From positions 1 to 39,492 of IMG/VR virus record IMGVR_UViG_3300030419_005136: DNA of 39,492 nucleotides; one strand, 5' to 3'. This document shows positions 6,993 through 14,901 of this stretch, piece after piece. The position numbers and the translations under genes were made by a program. The first letter of the stretch is position 1. Each line of letters begins with the position of its first letter. The stretch is from a virus. The notes beneath the pieces are model-generated. The model searched no databases and was not told the origin of the DNA. It worked only from the letters and a program-made list of their open reading frames with translations.

Positions 6993-8487
6993 TCTCTTTA
7001 CTCCCGTAATGGTCGTGGTAGGGGTCTGAGCTGAACACCAGCCCTTTTTCGCGGTTCTCTTTAATCTCCGCTTCACGGCTCTTTTTCAGCTCTTGGGGGT
7101 TACGGCCACGGGCGCGGGCTACTTCGGCCTCATCGGCAAAGCCTGCGGCTACCAACTCTTCCCATGCGCGCGCTTCGTGCTGCGGGTTAATCCATGGCAT
7201 TACCGGACCTAGGTAAAACGCGTTGTAGAGCGTGCGTTCGTCCAGATCCGGCGGCAGGGCAATATCACCGTTCAATACAGCCATGCTTAATGCGCTGCGG
7301 TAGACGCGACGGCACCAACCGGCGATAAACTCATCCTGTAGCAGTTCATAGCCAAGCTGGGCTTCCACCAGCTCTTGGCGCTGTGCGCTGTAGGTGCCGT
7401 CGTAATCCCGCGACCACGTAGACGCCCCGCCCCGCGTACCGGCGGCAACGGCTTTGATCATCGCGCCCCGGAACCCTTCGACCAGGGCGTTAGGGCGGTT
7501 CGATTCGATCATGCCCACGTCTTCACCGGGCAACAGGCCGTCGAACGTCATTCCCGGCGCGATGGGTATTTGCCGGGAACCTGGGGGCAGGTTGCTATTG
7601 CTGCTGTTGTTGCCCGCCTGAGTGGGGTCGGTGAATGTGGCCGGGTCGCCTTTCTTGATATACATCGTCATCGCTGCCGCAATGCGGGCCGCTACGCGCT
7701 CTGACTCTTCGTAATCCTTTAGATCGGCTAGCCGGGTAATCACCGAGTGCAAAATGGTGATACCCCGGCTCTGCTGTAGGCGCTTGCGGTGGGCGAGGTG
7801 AATCATTCGCTCCGCTTCGACGCGCTTGGTATTCAACAGCCAGCCGCGCATGTCGCCGGGGTGGCTTTTGTAAATGTGGTAGGCCCGCACGCGCCGCCAT
7901 TCGTTGCGCTCGATCCCGGCAAAGATGCCCCGCTTTGGGTCGTCTGCATCTAGTGGAAGGTAATCCGCTTCTAGCAGCTCTAACGCGTAGGGCGTGGCCG
8001 TTAGGTACTGATAGCTAGGGATACGCCCACGCAGCTCTTGGGCTAAAACCTCACCATCACGCAGCCAGCTACGGCAGACCAAGCGCTCCATTTGCGGGCG
8101 GGTTAGCTCGCCGGTGGTTTCCGGGTGCAGCGACCACTCGGCCCACCACGTTTTAATTTGCGCGGCCAACTCGTTCAGGCGGTTGCCCGAACGGTCTAAC
8201 GGTATCGGCTCAATGCCGATGCCATCCGCACCCACAACGCGCTCTTCCAGACGGTCCAGAATACCCGTGACTAAATCATGGTTTTCATCCAGATAGCGGG
8301 CCTGCTCACGCAGTGAGCGCCCGGCCAGCTGAACCGCCATGTCCGCGCTTTTGGCTTCGCCCTTGGCCTTGTGCAATCGGCTAGGGGCGGCAGCTTCATA
8401 GGCGTAGATCATTTGCCGGGCGGCTAAGCGCTGAGCCACGCGACCGGGGGCGAACGGCTCTAGGGCTTTGTCGATCCAGTTTTTCAT
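6916..8487 (-). CDS. portal protein (lambda gpB type)
   Basis: A 523-aa ORF between the gpW-like gene and the protease. ATGA overlap with the gpW-like gene. The N-terminus MKNWIDKALEPFAPGRVAQRLAARQ is typical of lambda-type portals. Confidence 0.8.
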   Translation of the reverse strand: MKNWIDKALEPFAPGRVAQRLAARQMIYAYEAAAPSRLHKAKGEAKSADMAVQLAGRSLREQARYLDENHDLVTGILDRLEERVVGADGIGIEPIPLDRSGNRLNELAAQIKTWWAEWSLHPETTGELTRPQMERLVCRSWLRDGEVLAQELRGRIPSYQYLTATPYALELLEADYLPLDADDPKRGIFAGIERNEWRRVRAYHIYKSHPGDMRGWLLNTKRVEAERMIHLAHRKRLQQSRGITILHSVITRLADLKDYEESERVAARIAAAMTMYIKKGDPATFTDPTQAGNNSSNSNLPPGSRQIPIAPGMTFDGLLPGEDVGMIESNRPNALVEGFRGAMIKAVAAGTRGGASTWSRDYDGTYSAQRQELVEAQLGYELLQDEFIAGWCRRVYRSALSMAVLNGDIALPPDLDERTLYNAFYLGPVMPWINPQHEARAWEELVAAGFADEAEVARARGRNPQELKKSREAEIKENREKGLVFSSDPYHDHYGSKENGSPNAPPQGAARRANREPVIGTES

Positions 8488-8693
8488 AGGAACCTCACAA
8501 AGCCAGGGCCACCGGATGCGCCACGGCTACGCTCTAGCGCCAGCTTACGCTCCCACTCTTGCCGCCCTTGGCGTATGGCGGGCAGGTCTACCATGGTGAG
8601 CGTTCTGCCATTTTGGGTAACCGTGCGGCCCTCTAAAACGTCGCGCTCTGCCTGAATGTAAAAATCAAGCATCTGCTGGGCGGTGTAGCTCAT
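8484..8693 (-). CDS. head-tail connector gpW-like
   Basis: 69 aa (lambda gpW is 68 aa). The C-terminus GGPGFVRFL resembles lambda RGPAGFYV. ATGA overlaps on both sides. Confidence 0.7.
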   Translation of the reverse strand: MSYTAQQMLDFYIQAERDVLEGRTVTQNGRTLTMVDLPAIRQGRQEWERKLALERSRGASGGPGFVRFL

Positions 8694-10663
8694 AACCAGC
8701 TGCCTCCTTGAGTTTGCAGCCAGCCGCCACCCGCTGCCGGGGCTTGTGCCTGGGCGGGGGCGGGTGGCGGTGTTTTATCCGGTGGCGGGGTGGCCATGAC
8801 CGGCTGTTGGTTGGGGTCAAAGCCAAAGCGCTGCATCGACACGTAGAGCGCCGCCAAGGCGTACACCAAGCAATCAAGCGCTTCGTTTCGGCGCCCGCCG
8901 GAATCCCATAGATATTTGCGCTGGCCTTTCACCACACGGGGTAGCTTCACCTCGGCGGTGAGCTGCTTTAGCTCGTCCTCGTCACACAACTCGTCGTTAG
9001 CGGGAAAGTGAATACAGCCCTCGACCGGCACGCCGGGTTGTGGCTGGATTTTCAGACGGTTATAAATCAGCTCTTTGGCGTTATTGGTGCCTACCTCAGT
9101 GAGGTAAACGCCTCTATGCTTCTTGCGCGGAAAGTTAGCAATGGGCTTGCCGTAGTCGTTGGCCCCCCTCACGGGCACCACCCACATCAGGCCGTGCTTT
9201 TTCGACTGGCTGTAAACCTCGTCGGTGTAGCTGCCGCCCGAGTCCCAACCCCAGCGAATGACGCTCATCACGCCGCCATCTTCGCGGGTGTACGTGCGGT
9301 GCAGGCGCTCGCCCACTTTTTTCAGCAGCTCCGCGCCTGCCGGGTCGCCGTAGAGTATCCAGCGATCCACCAGCCACATTTCTTGGCCAGCGCCCACCGC
9401 CCATACGCGGCCCTCGTAACGGTCGTCTTGGGTGTCGATGCCGCCAAACAGCCCCACGGCGCGGTTGGGCACCTGGGCGTAAACCTCGCGCCTGCCGTAG
9501 AGCAATTCCCAGTCCAGCTTTTCGCCGTACTCGTCTTCCCACGTTTCGCCCAACGTCGTATTAACAAACGTCTTGAGCTTGGTGGCGTCGCCTTTGGCGT
9601 CGAGGAAGTCGTAAACGATTTGCGACCAGGTGGTGAGCGGGCTGTAGGCGGTCCAGATATGAAATGACACGGTGCGCGGGGTGGGTATCGGCTGGTCGTC
9701 TTTATCGAAAAAGTCGATGCCGTCCCGCGTCCAAATACCGGTTTTCTCACAGACGTAGCGGGCCTGGGCGATGCTGTGCGTACGGTTTTCGTCATGCAGC
9801 TCATGTTGACGGATCACACAGCCGTTATGCTCACACAGGTAGAACGCGCTTTCCGCGTCCCCCTTGTCCCACTTGAACCCGTAGGGCTCGTCTTTGCCTC
9901 CCCACTTCAACACCTGCTCTTCACCGCAATGTGGGCAAGGCACGTTGCAGCGCAGTAGGTGGGGCGACTCCTCAGCGGCAAGGGTTATCTGACACGACCC
10001 GGCCAGCTTGGGCGTCGAGCCGCGCACCGACTTGGGAAACGTCGCGCCTTCAAGGCGCTTGTCGCCCAACGTGGTAGGCGTACCTTCGCGCTCGATGTCG
10101 CTATCAAAACCAGATAGCTCGTCGTAAAAAACGCCATCGGCGCTTATCTCGCGGTAGTTGCGAGCCGCCTTACCACCGTGCATAAACAGCTGCTTGCCGT
10201 TGGCGAAGCGCTTGGCGGCGGTGGTGTTGTCCGTGTGTTTCTTGCCGTGCCAGGGTGCCAGCGCCAGCACCACCGGAATGTCACGGATCATGGTTTTAAC
10301 GTGGGTTTTGCTGAACTTGTCCCGGTCGTCGTCGGTGGGCGAGAACGTCAGACAGTTACGTTTCTTATGCTCCAGCAGATACCCAATCGCGGCCAACATC
10401 ATCTTGGTGTAACCAAGGCGGGCCGACTTGACGATATTGACCTTGCGGATCTCGTCGTTACCCATCGCGTTCAGAATGGCGACCTGAAACGGCAGGGTTT
10501 CCCACCGGCCTTCGTGGTAGCTCGATTCCGACGACAGGTAAAAGTGTTCGTTGGCCCATTCCACGGTGGTCATGGGTGGCGGGCGGTGTAAGGCCGCCAA
10601 ACCAAGGCGCACCGCCTTGGCCAGCTCTTCTAGCTGCTCAGTTGTTGGCGGCGATAAATTCAT
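8690..10663 (-). CDS. terL: terminase large subunit (lambda gpA family)
   Basis: 657 aa. The motif KSARLGYTK matches the lambda gpA P-loop KSARVGYSK. It follows the small subunit with an overlap. Confidence 0.85.
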   Translation of the reverse strand: MNLSPPTTEQLEELAKAVRLGLAALHRPPPMTTVEWANEHFYLSSESSYHEGRWETLPFQVAILNAMGNDEIRKVNIVKSARLGYTKMMLAAIGYLLEHKKRNCLTFSPTDDDRDKFSKTHVKTMIRDIPVVLALAPWHGKKHTDNTTAAKRFANGKQLFMHGGKAARNYREISADGVFYDELSGFDSDIEREGTPTTLGDKRLEGATFPKSVRGSTPKLAGSCQITLAAEESPHLLRCNVPCPHCGEEQVLKWGGKDEPYGFKWDKGDAESAFYLCEHNGCVIRQHELHDENRTHSIAQARYVCEKTGIWTRDGIDFFDKDDQPIPTPRTVSFHIWTAYSPLTTWSQIVYDFLDAKGDATKLKTFVNTTLGETWEDEYGEKLDWELLYGRREVYAQVPNRAVGLFGGIDTQDDRYEGRVWAVGAGQEMWLVDRWILYGDPAGAELLKKVGERLHRTYTREDGGVMSVIRWGWDSGGSYTDEVYSQSKKHGLMWVVPVRGANDYGKPIANFPRKKHRGVYLTEVGTNNAKELIYNRLKIQPQPGVPVEGCIHFPANDELCDEDELKQLTAEVKLPRVVKGQRKYLWDSGGRRNEALDCLVYALAALYVSMQRFGFDPNQQPVMATPPPDKTPPPAPAQAQAPAAGGGWLQTQGGSWL

Positions 10664-11189
10664 CTAGGAATCCAGGCAGGCGGTCATCTAACCCCGCTGC
10701 CTGATTCCGCGCCTTCGCCAGCTCGCGCATCAGTGTCTCAAGATGGCGGGTTTCTAGGTCGGGGTGTTTCCGTTTCATGGTTAACGGCAGGGTGTCTAGC
10801 ACGGTGGCAATCTCTGCCGCCATGCGAGAAAGCGCGAACGTGGCAAATCCCGCATCAATTAAGCGCTTGGCTTTCTCCGCGTTTTTCTGCTCTTGCCCCT
10901 CTGACTGAGCGGCCAACAATCGGCGGCGCTCAACGTCAATTTTGTACTCGATGTTGTGGTCTATCTCTTCGCCGTCATCAGTTGCGTTGGGTTGGTGCTT
11001 CGCTGCAATCTCTGCCAGCCGATGCTCCAGCACGGCGCGGGCATCAAAGTAAACAGAACGGCCCTGCCGTGCCACAGGCTCAACACCCCATTTATCAAAG
11101 GCTTGCACGGATATTCTGAGGCTAGCGGCCATATCCTTTTTGTTCAGCCAGCCGGGGTGAAGCTGGACGACGTTATCGTTCTTAGACAA
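10638..11189 (-). CDS. terS: terminase small subunit (Nu1-like winged helix)
   Basis: 183 aa. The N-terminus LNKKDMAASLRISVQAFDKWGVEPVARQGRSVYFDARAVLEH parallels the lambda Nu1 N-terminal DNA-binding fold. It lies directly upstream of terL. Confidence 0.7.
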   Translation of the reverse strand: MSKNDNVVQLHPGWLNKKDMAASLRISVQAFDKWGVEPVARQGRSVYFDARAVLEHRLAEIAAKHQPNATDDGEEIDHNIEYKIDVERRRLLAAQSEGQEQKNAEKAKRLIDAGFATFALSRMAAEIATVLDTLPLTMKRKHPDLETRHLETLMRELAKARNQAAGLDDRLPGFLDEFIAANN

Positions 11190-11308
11190 AACAACAACCT
11201 CCCCCCAGAAAAAACTCGTACATACGCAAATTCCGCGACTGATTCCCCCCGTACTCTAGGGGGTGGGGTCGGGAGTACCTTTTTATTTTTCTGCACCGCG
11301 TTGGTGCA
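11190..11308. other. candidate cos region (cosN/cosB) upstream of the Nu1-like gene
   Basis: The location matches lambda cos (between the lysis genes and Nu1). GTACTC (11251-56) and GAGTAC (11273-78) are inverted and flank a G-rich 16-mer, with A/T tracts on both sides. No ends are visible in this permuted contig. Confidence 0.3.
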
Positions 11309-11581
11309 TTACTCGGCCTGCCGGTTGCGGAAGATCAACGCGACGGCGCGGCGGTCGGCATTGAAGCGGATGCGCAGGGCTTCGTAGTCGGCTAGCAGCT
11401 GCAGCAGGTCGCGGTTGGTGTGGATCTCTCGAACGGGTGCGGGGCGTGGCTCAGTCAGGAACCACGGCAGCGCTTGGGGTGTCGGCTCCGCTGGTGTCGG
11501 GGCGGGTGAGGCGGCGCACCCAATCAGCAACGCCGATAGGCACAGGCTGGCCAGCCCACGCCCTAGAATCTGAATCCGCAT
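11309..11581 (-). CDS. o-spanin (Rz1-like outer-membrane lipoprotein)
   Basis: Signal peptide with lipobox LLIGC and a Pro-rich mature part. It starts inside the i-spanin gene and extends beyond it (overlapped architecture). Confidence 0.75.
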   Translation of the reverse strand: MRIQILGRGLASLCLSALLIGCAASPAPTPAEPTPQALPWFLTEPRPAPVREIHTNRDLLQLLADYEALRIRFNADRRAVALIFRNRQAE

Positions 11582-11873
11582 CGTTCACCCCCATGGCTTC
11601 GGCCTGGGCGCGCAGTCGGTCGATGCGCTGCGCGCCGTCGTTTAATTCACGTTCGCGCACATCTAACGCTTCAACTAACAGCCGGTTACGCTCTACCTGC
11701 ACCGCCAACGTCGCGGCGGTCACATCAAGCGCGGCTTGTGCTTTCGCGTGCTGCTGCTGGGTCTGCTCTAACTCAGCCTGTAACCCACTGAGTCGCCACA
11801 TCAAACCAATGCCAGCGACCAGCGCTATCACCAGCGCCCACGGAATCAGCTTCGTTAGCAGCCTGCTCAGCAT
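11451..11873 (-). CDS. i-spanin (Rz-like)
   Basis: An N-terminal TM helix (LIPWALVIALVAGIGLMW) followed by coiled-coil-like Ala/Gln/Glu/Arg-rich sequence. A GAGGGGGG SD precedes the start. Confidence 0.75.
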   Translation of the reverse strand: MLSRLLTKLIPWALVIALVAGIGLMWRLSGLQAELEQTQQQHAKAQAALDVTAATLAVQVERNRLLVEALDVRERELNDGAQRIDRLRAQAEAMGVNDADSDSRAWAGQPVPIGVADWVRRLTRPDTSGADTPSAAVVPD

Positions 11874-12339
11874 CCCGCACCCCCTCTAAACACACATCAC
11901 GCTCAACGGCGCGGCGTCTTGCCAGCCCGCGCAACCGCTCACCACCGGCATACACCCAGCGGGACAACTCATTGCATGCAGCCTCAAGCTCCCCAGCATT
12001 CGCCAGCCGGGCCAGCGTCGAACGCTGCAGGTTGCCCGCGCCCACGTTGAACGTGAACGAAACGAACGCGGCGCGGGTATCATCGGGAAGGGGCGCGGTA
12101 ATGATGCGATCCACCGCGCTCAGCGCCTCGCGCATGTCCTGCTCTAGCAACGCGTCACACTCTGCCGGGGTGAGCGTTTGGCCTGGGGCTGCCGTGGCCG
12201 TGTGCCCGGTGCATACCGTCCACACGCCTACCGCGTCGCGGTAGCTCTCCAGCTTGGTGCCCTCGAACGGCACGATGATGCCCGCCGCTATCGCCATTAC
12301 TGCGCCCACTCCGGCGCTAATCGCTCTCTTGTTGGCCAT
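11773..12339 (-). CDS. SAR-type endolysin (GH24 / T4-lysozyme-like muramidase)
   Basis: ATG 12339 with a GGAGAG SD. The weakly hydrophobic N-terminus AISAGVGAVMAIAAGIIVP is followed by the catalytic E-x8-D-x5-T pattern FEGTKLESYRDAVGVWTVCTGHT. Confidence 0.8.
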   Translation of the reverse strand: MANKRAISAGVGAVMAIAAGIIVPFEGTKLESYRDAVGVWTVCTGHTATAAPGQTLTPAECDALLEQDMREALSAVDRIITAPLPDDTRAAFVSFTFNVGAGNLQRSTLARLANAGELEAACNELSRWVYAGGERLRGLARRRAVERDVCLEGVRDAEQAANEADSVGAGDSAGRWHWFDVATQWVTG

Positions 12340-12610
12340 TGCGCTCTCTCCGGCGGTTGTCAAAATGCTTCCAAATATCGAACGCCAAGCGCAGCCCGAC
12401 GAACACCAGACCGCCAACGCTCACCACATCAGCCGTCACCACGTGAACGCCTCCCATCTCAAACCATGGCGCATTCAGTAGCGACACCACCTCGCCGGGC
12501 GAGGGTGAAATATCCATGACGGCGGCCGCGCTGGCCTTAGACGTTTGCGACACAGCAGACACGCCACTGCCGCCCACGTACGCAATCACACGGCCAGCGT
12601 CGACTTTCAT
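12317..12610 (-). CDS. putative holin or pinholin
   Basis: A 97-aa ORF directly upstream of and overlapping the endolysin. It has a C-terminal TM helix (VVSVGGLVFVGLRLAFDIW) plus a charged tail. The family was not recognised. Confidence 0.5.
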   Translation of the reverse strand: MKVDAGRVIAYVGGSGVSAVSQTSKASAAAVMDISPSPGEVVSLLNAPWFEMGGVHVVTADVVSVGGLVFVGLRLAFDIWKHFDNRRRERNGQQESD

Positions 12611-12634
12611 AAGCAATCACCAAATCGCAGACAT

Positions 12635-12659
12635 AAAAAAACCGCCCGGTGAGGGGCGG
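12635..12659 (-). terminator. promoter-proximal intrinsic terminator upstream of the holin (tR'-like)
   Basis: Minus strand CCGCCC-ctcacc-GGGCGG followed by T7, ending 25 nt before the holin ATG. Confidence 0.7.
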
Positions 12660-12755
12660 CATGTCTAAACACGGAACATTAAAGGGCTTGCTGCGGGGCT
12701 AAGGGAACGGAAATACCCCACATGCCATAAACGATAGATCAAAGTGCCACCGGAT

Positions 12756-12774
12756 GCAACACTTAGCGTGTTAA
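12756..12774. promoter_or_regulatory. ACAC-N5-GTGT operator-like palindrome overlapping a candidate -35 of a late or lysis promoter
   Basis: The site reads gcAACACttagcGTGTTaa. On the minus strand its arm overlaps TTGCAT-17nt-TATCGT, about 75 nt upstream of the terminator at 12635-12659. Confidence 0.4.
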
Positions 12775-12857
12775 ATGCCCCTCAAGAGTGTTACACACCA
12801 GCATGCCAACCACCATCACGGCACGTGCTGGATACTCTTAACAGATAGGTTTGCTCA

Positions 12858-14126
12858 TTACCCCGCCACCCCTTGCCACCACTGGGGCTGGTCGCTGTTG
12901 TGATAAAACGACAATCTTGGTTCTGTCTCGGTCAGAAACACGCTAAAACCGCGCTCACATAGCCAGGTATGCCAGCGCTCCAACGCATCGAGAATCTGCC
13001 GCTCAGCGTAGGTATGAATGTAGGTACGGTCGAGCTTCGATAGCGCATGGTTCAGCAACAACTCACCGGCCAGATACTCGACCCCGAGGTCAGCCCACGT
13101 TGTACGGGCCAGCTTACGCAGGTCATGGGAATGCCACCGCGCACCGCTGGCACTCACCACCAAATCAAACACGGCTGAACGGGATAGCGGCTTTCCTTTG
13201 GATGCACCAGGGAACAGATACACGCCCCGGTAACCGTTCGCCTGCTGATAAGCGCGGTAACGGGTTAGCAGCGTCACGGCCATGGGCGTTAACGGCAGGC
13301 GGTGTTGTCGCTTTGATTTTGTGTTGTCGGTAGGGATAGTCCAGGTGCGCGCTTCCAGATCGAACTGAGGCCACTTCGCTAAACGCGTTTCCCCTATGCG
13401 GGTGCCAAACAGCAGCATCAACAACAGCAGGAAACACCCCGGCGGTTCGCACGAACGCAAGGCGCTTATCAGATCGGGCACATCGGCAGCGGTTAGCGCC
13501 CCCGCCTTAGCTGGGGTTTTCGCGTCGATGAAATCACCCACATTCACGCCTGCGAAGGGGTCAGTATCCAGCAGGTTCAGCTTACGGGCTTGCTTAAACG
13601 CGGCTTTGATCACGCCAAATATCAAACGAACGTAAGCAACGGAATAATGCTCTTGCAGCGGCCACACCAAGCCACTGTCGATACACGCCGGGGTAATGCC
13701 TGCCAACGGCTGGGCACCGAACAGGGGCAATAGGTGCCGATTAACGGCGGTTTTGATCGATGATTTTCGAGTAGCGGATAACCGGCCATGAGACGCCGAA
13801 CGGTCACGATACCAACACAGCAGGTCAGCCACGGTTTCCCACGCATCGACGCCCACCGGCCCCGCCGGATCAAGCGCCAGCTTGGCCTCCAACTCAGGCA
13901 ACCGCGCCAGCAGGGCGCGGGTCGTCAACTCCGGGTAATTGCCCACCCGATGCCAATGGCCACGCCCACCCGCGTAGCGCACCACGTACCAGCTGGCACG
14001 CTCACGGGAAGCATGAAAGCGCACCCGCACCGGGTAGCGCGGGTCGCGCAACTGGAAAATATCAGGGTCAGGTAGGTGCCGCTTAATCGCAGCATCAGAG
14101 AGGGGAACAGCGAGGGTTTTAGGCAT
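12858..14126 (-). CDS. int: tyrosine integrase (P4-like)
   Basis: 422 aa. The C-terminal catalytic region reads ...RIGETRLAKW...HSHDLRKLARTTWADLGV...LLNHALSKLDRTYIHT (R, H-x-x-R, H, Y). Confidence 0.85.
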   Translation of the reverse strand: MPKTLAVPLSDAAIKRHLPDPDIFQLRDPRYPVRVRFHASRERASWYVVRYAGGRGHWHRVGNYPELTTRALLARLPELEAKLALDPAGPVGVDAWETVADLLCWYRDRSASHGRLSATRKSSIKTAVNRHLLPLFGAQPLAGITPACIDSGLVWPLQEHYSVAYVRLIFGVIKAAFKQARKLNLLDTDPFAGVNVGDFIDAKTPAKAGALTAADVPDLISALRSCEPPGCFLLLLMLLFGTRIGETRLAKWPQFDLEARTWTIPTDNTKSKRQHRLPLTPMAVTLLTRYRAYQQANGYRGVYLFPGASKGKPLSRSAVFDLVVSASGARWHSHDLRKLARTTWADLGVEYLAGELLLNHALSKLDRTYIHTYAERQILDALERWHTWLCERGFSVFLTETEPRLSFYHNSDQPQWWQGVAG

Positions 14127-14188
14127 TGGCTCAAACTCCGAGACAGCAACGCCCCCGCTCGGGGGTCAATGCGCCGGGCTGAGCCGTT

Positions 14189-14224
14189 GCGTTATTGCGT
14201 TATATCACGCTAGCGTTATAGCGC
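14189..14224. repeat. variant copy of the dispersed GCGT/ACGC-box 30-mer, just upstream of int
   Basis: gcgttattgcgttatatcacgctagcgttatagcgc shares the aacgctagcg core and the GCGT/ACGC boxes with the other copies. Confidence 0.5.
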
Positions 14225-14225
14225 T

Positions 14226-14438
14226 CTAATTAGTGATAGGGGTTACTCGATTCGCCGGAACGTAGCGAATGCGTGACTTATGCTCCATATCCCTCCAATT
14301 CCGGTCACCAAACACCTTTAGCTTTAAGCGACCATCCGGCATTTCCTTCAAGACGTGACAACGCATGTGATAACGCTTCACCCATCGGCAGCAGTGGTAA
14401 CACTCTAATAGGTGAGTGGCGTTTTCAGATGTAAGCAT
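14226..14438 (-). CDS. small Cys/His-rich hypothetical protein (low G+C)
   Basis: ATG 14438 with an AGGGAG SD. The 70-aa product reads MLTSENATHLLECYHCCRWVKRYHMRCHVLKEMPDGRLKLKVFGDRNW... Confidence 0.5.
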   Translation of the reverse strand: MLTSENATHLLECYHCCRWVKRYHMRCHVLKEMPDGRLKLKVFGDRNWRDMEHKSRIRYVPANRVTPITN

Positions 14439-14814
14439 CACGCTCCCTCACACGATCCTTGAGCGCCTCTAACGCCCGCTCAATCCCTAGCAGCGCCTCA
14501 GCGTTATAGAGGTTCGCATGCGGCCCATCTTAAAAACGCTCAAGGCGGTCAGCACACACCGCCAGCAACGCTTCTATGCTCACACCGTTAGGCCCAACCT
14601 CCTGCGGGTTGCCGTCCTGAAAGCTGATACACCCCAGCACCTGAGCGCCACCGCTCATCATCTCACAGTCAGCGCCCACACCAATGAGGTAATGGTTTTG
14701 GGCACCACCTGGGGAGTACGGCCCGTGAGCGATAACCGCTTGGCCCATGTCACCGCGCCCGTTGGGGCTAACGGCATGCCCGGTCACTAACCGGGGCTGA
14801 TCGAGATTAGGCAT
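14425..14814 (-). pseudogene. phage accessory gene interrupted by an in-frame TAA (14530-14532); possible Acb2/Tad1-hairpin-like C-terminus
   Basis: ATG 14814 with an AGGAGG SD gives 94 codons, then TAA. The same frame continues for 34 codons (DGPHANLYNAEALLGIERALEALKDRVRERDAYI) to a TGA that overlaps the next gene start. Confidence 0.5.
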
Positions 14815-14871
14815 TGCATGCCCTCCTACTGTCGGTTCTGAATAGCGCGCCAACGCTCATTGCCATTTGCT

Positions 14872-14901
14872 GCGTTATAGCGTGCTAGCGTTATTTCACG
14901 C
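14872..14901 (-). repeat. dispersed 30-bp GCGT/ACGC-box repeat, copy downstream of Q
   Basis: gcgttatagcgtgctagcgttatttcacgc. Its reverse complement matches the copies at 19628 and 20988 at nearly every position. Confidence 0.7.

Noticed and set aside
4863-7076. Longest-ORF start (737 aa) for the protease-capsid gene
   Set aside because: The first 28 codons (MKRRLKRTAKKGWCSAQ...) lie inside the portal gene and have no SD. ATG 6992 has a GGGAG SD and gives a sensible protease N-terminus.
9008-9667. 219-aa plus-strand ORF inside the terminase large subunit gene, and similar antisense ORFs (for example 2026-2637, 5061-5570, 30917-31504, 34602-35150, 36669-37067)
   Set aside because: All are antisense to long, motif-supported genes in roughly 60-65% G+C DNA, where stop codons are rare. 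They have no SD sequences or recognisable motifs.
11281-11308. Hairpin TGCACC-gcgtt-GGTGCA after the o-spanin as the lysis-operon terminator
   Set aside because: On the minus-strand transcript it is followed by an A-rich run, not a U-rich one. On the plus strand the T-run precedes the stem. It is not an intrinsic terminator in either direction.
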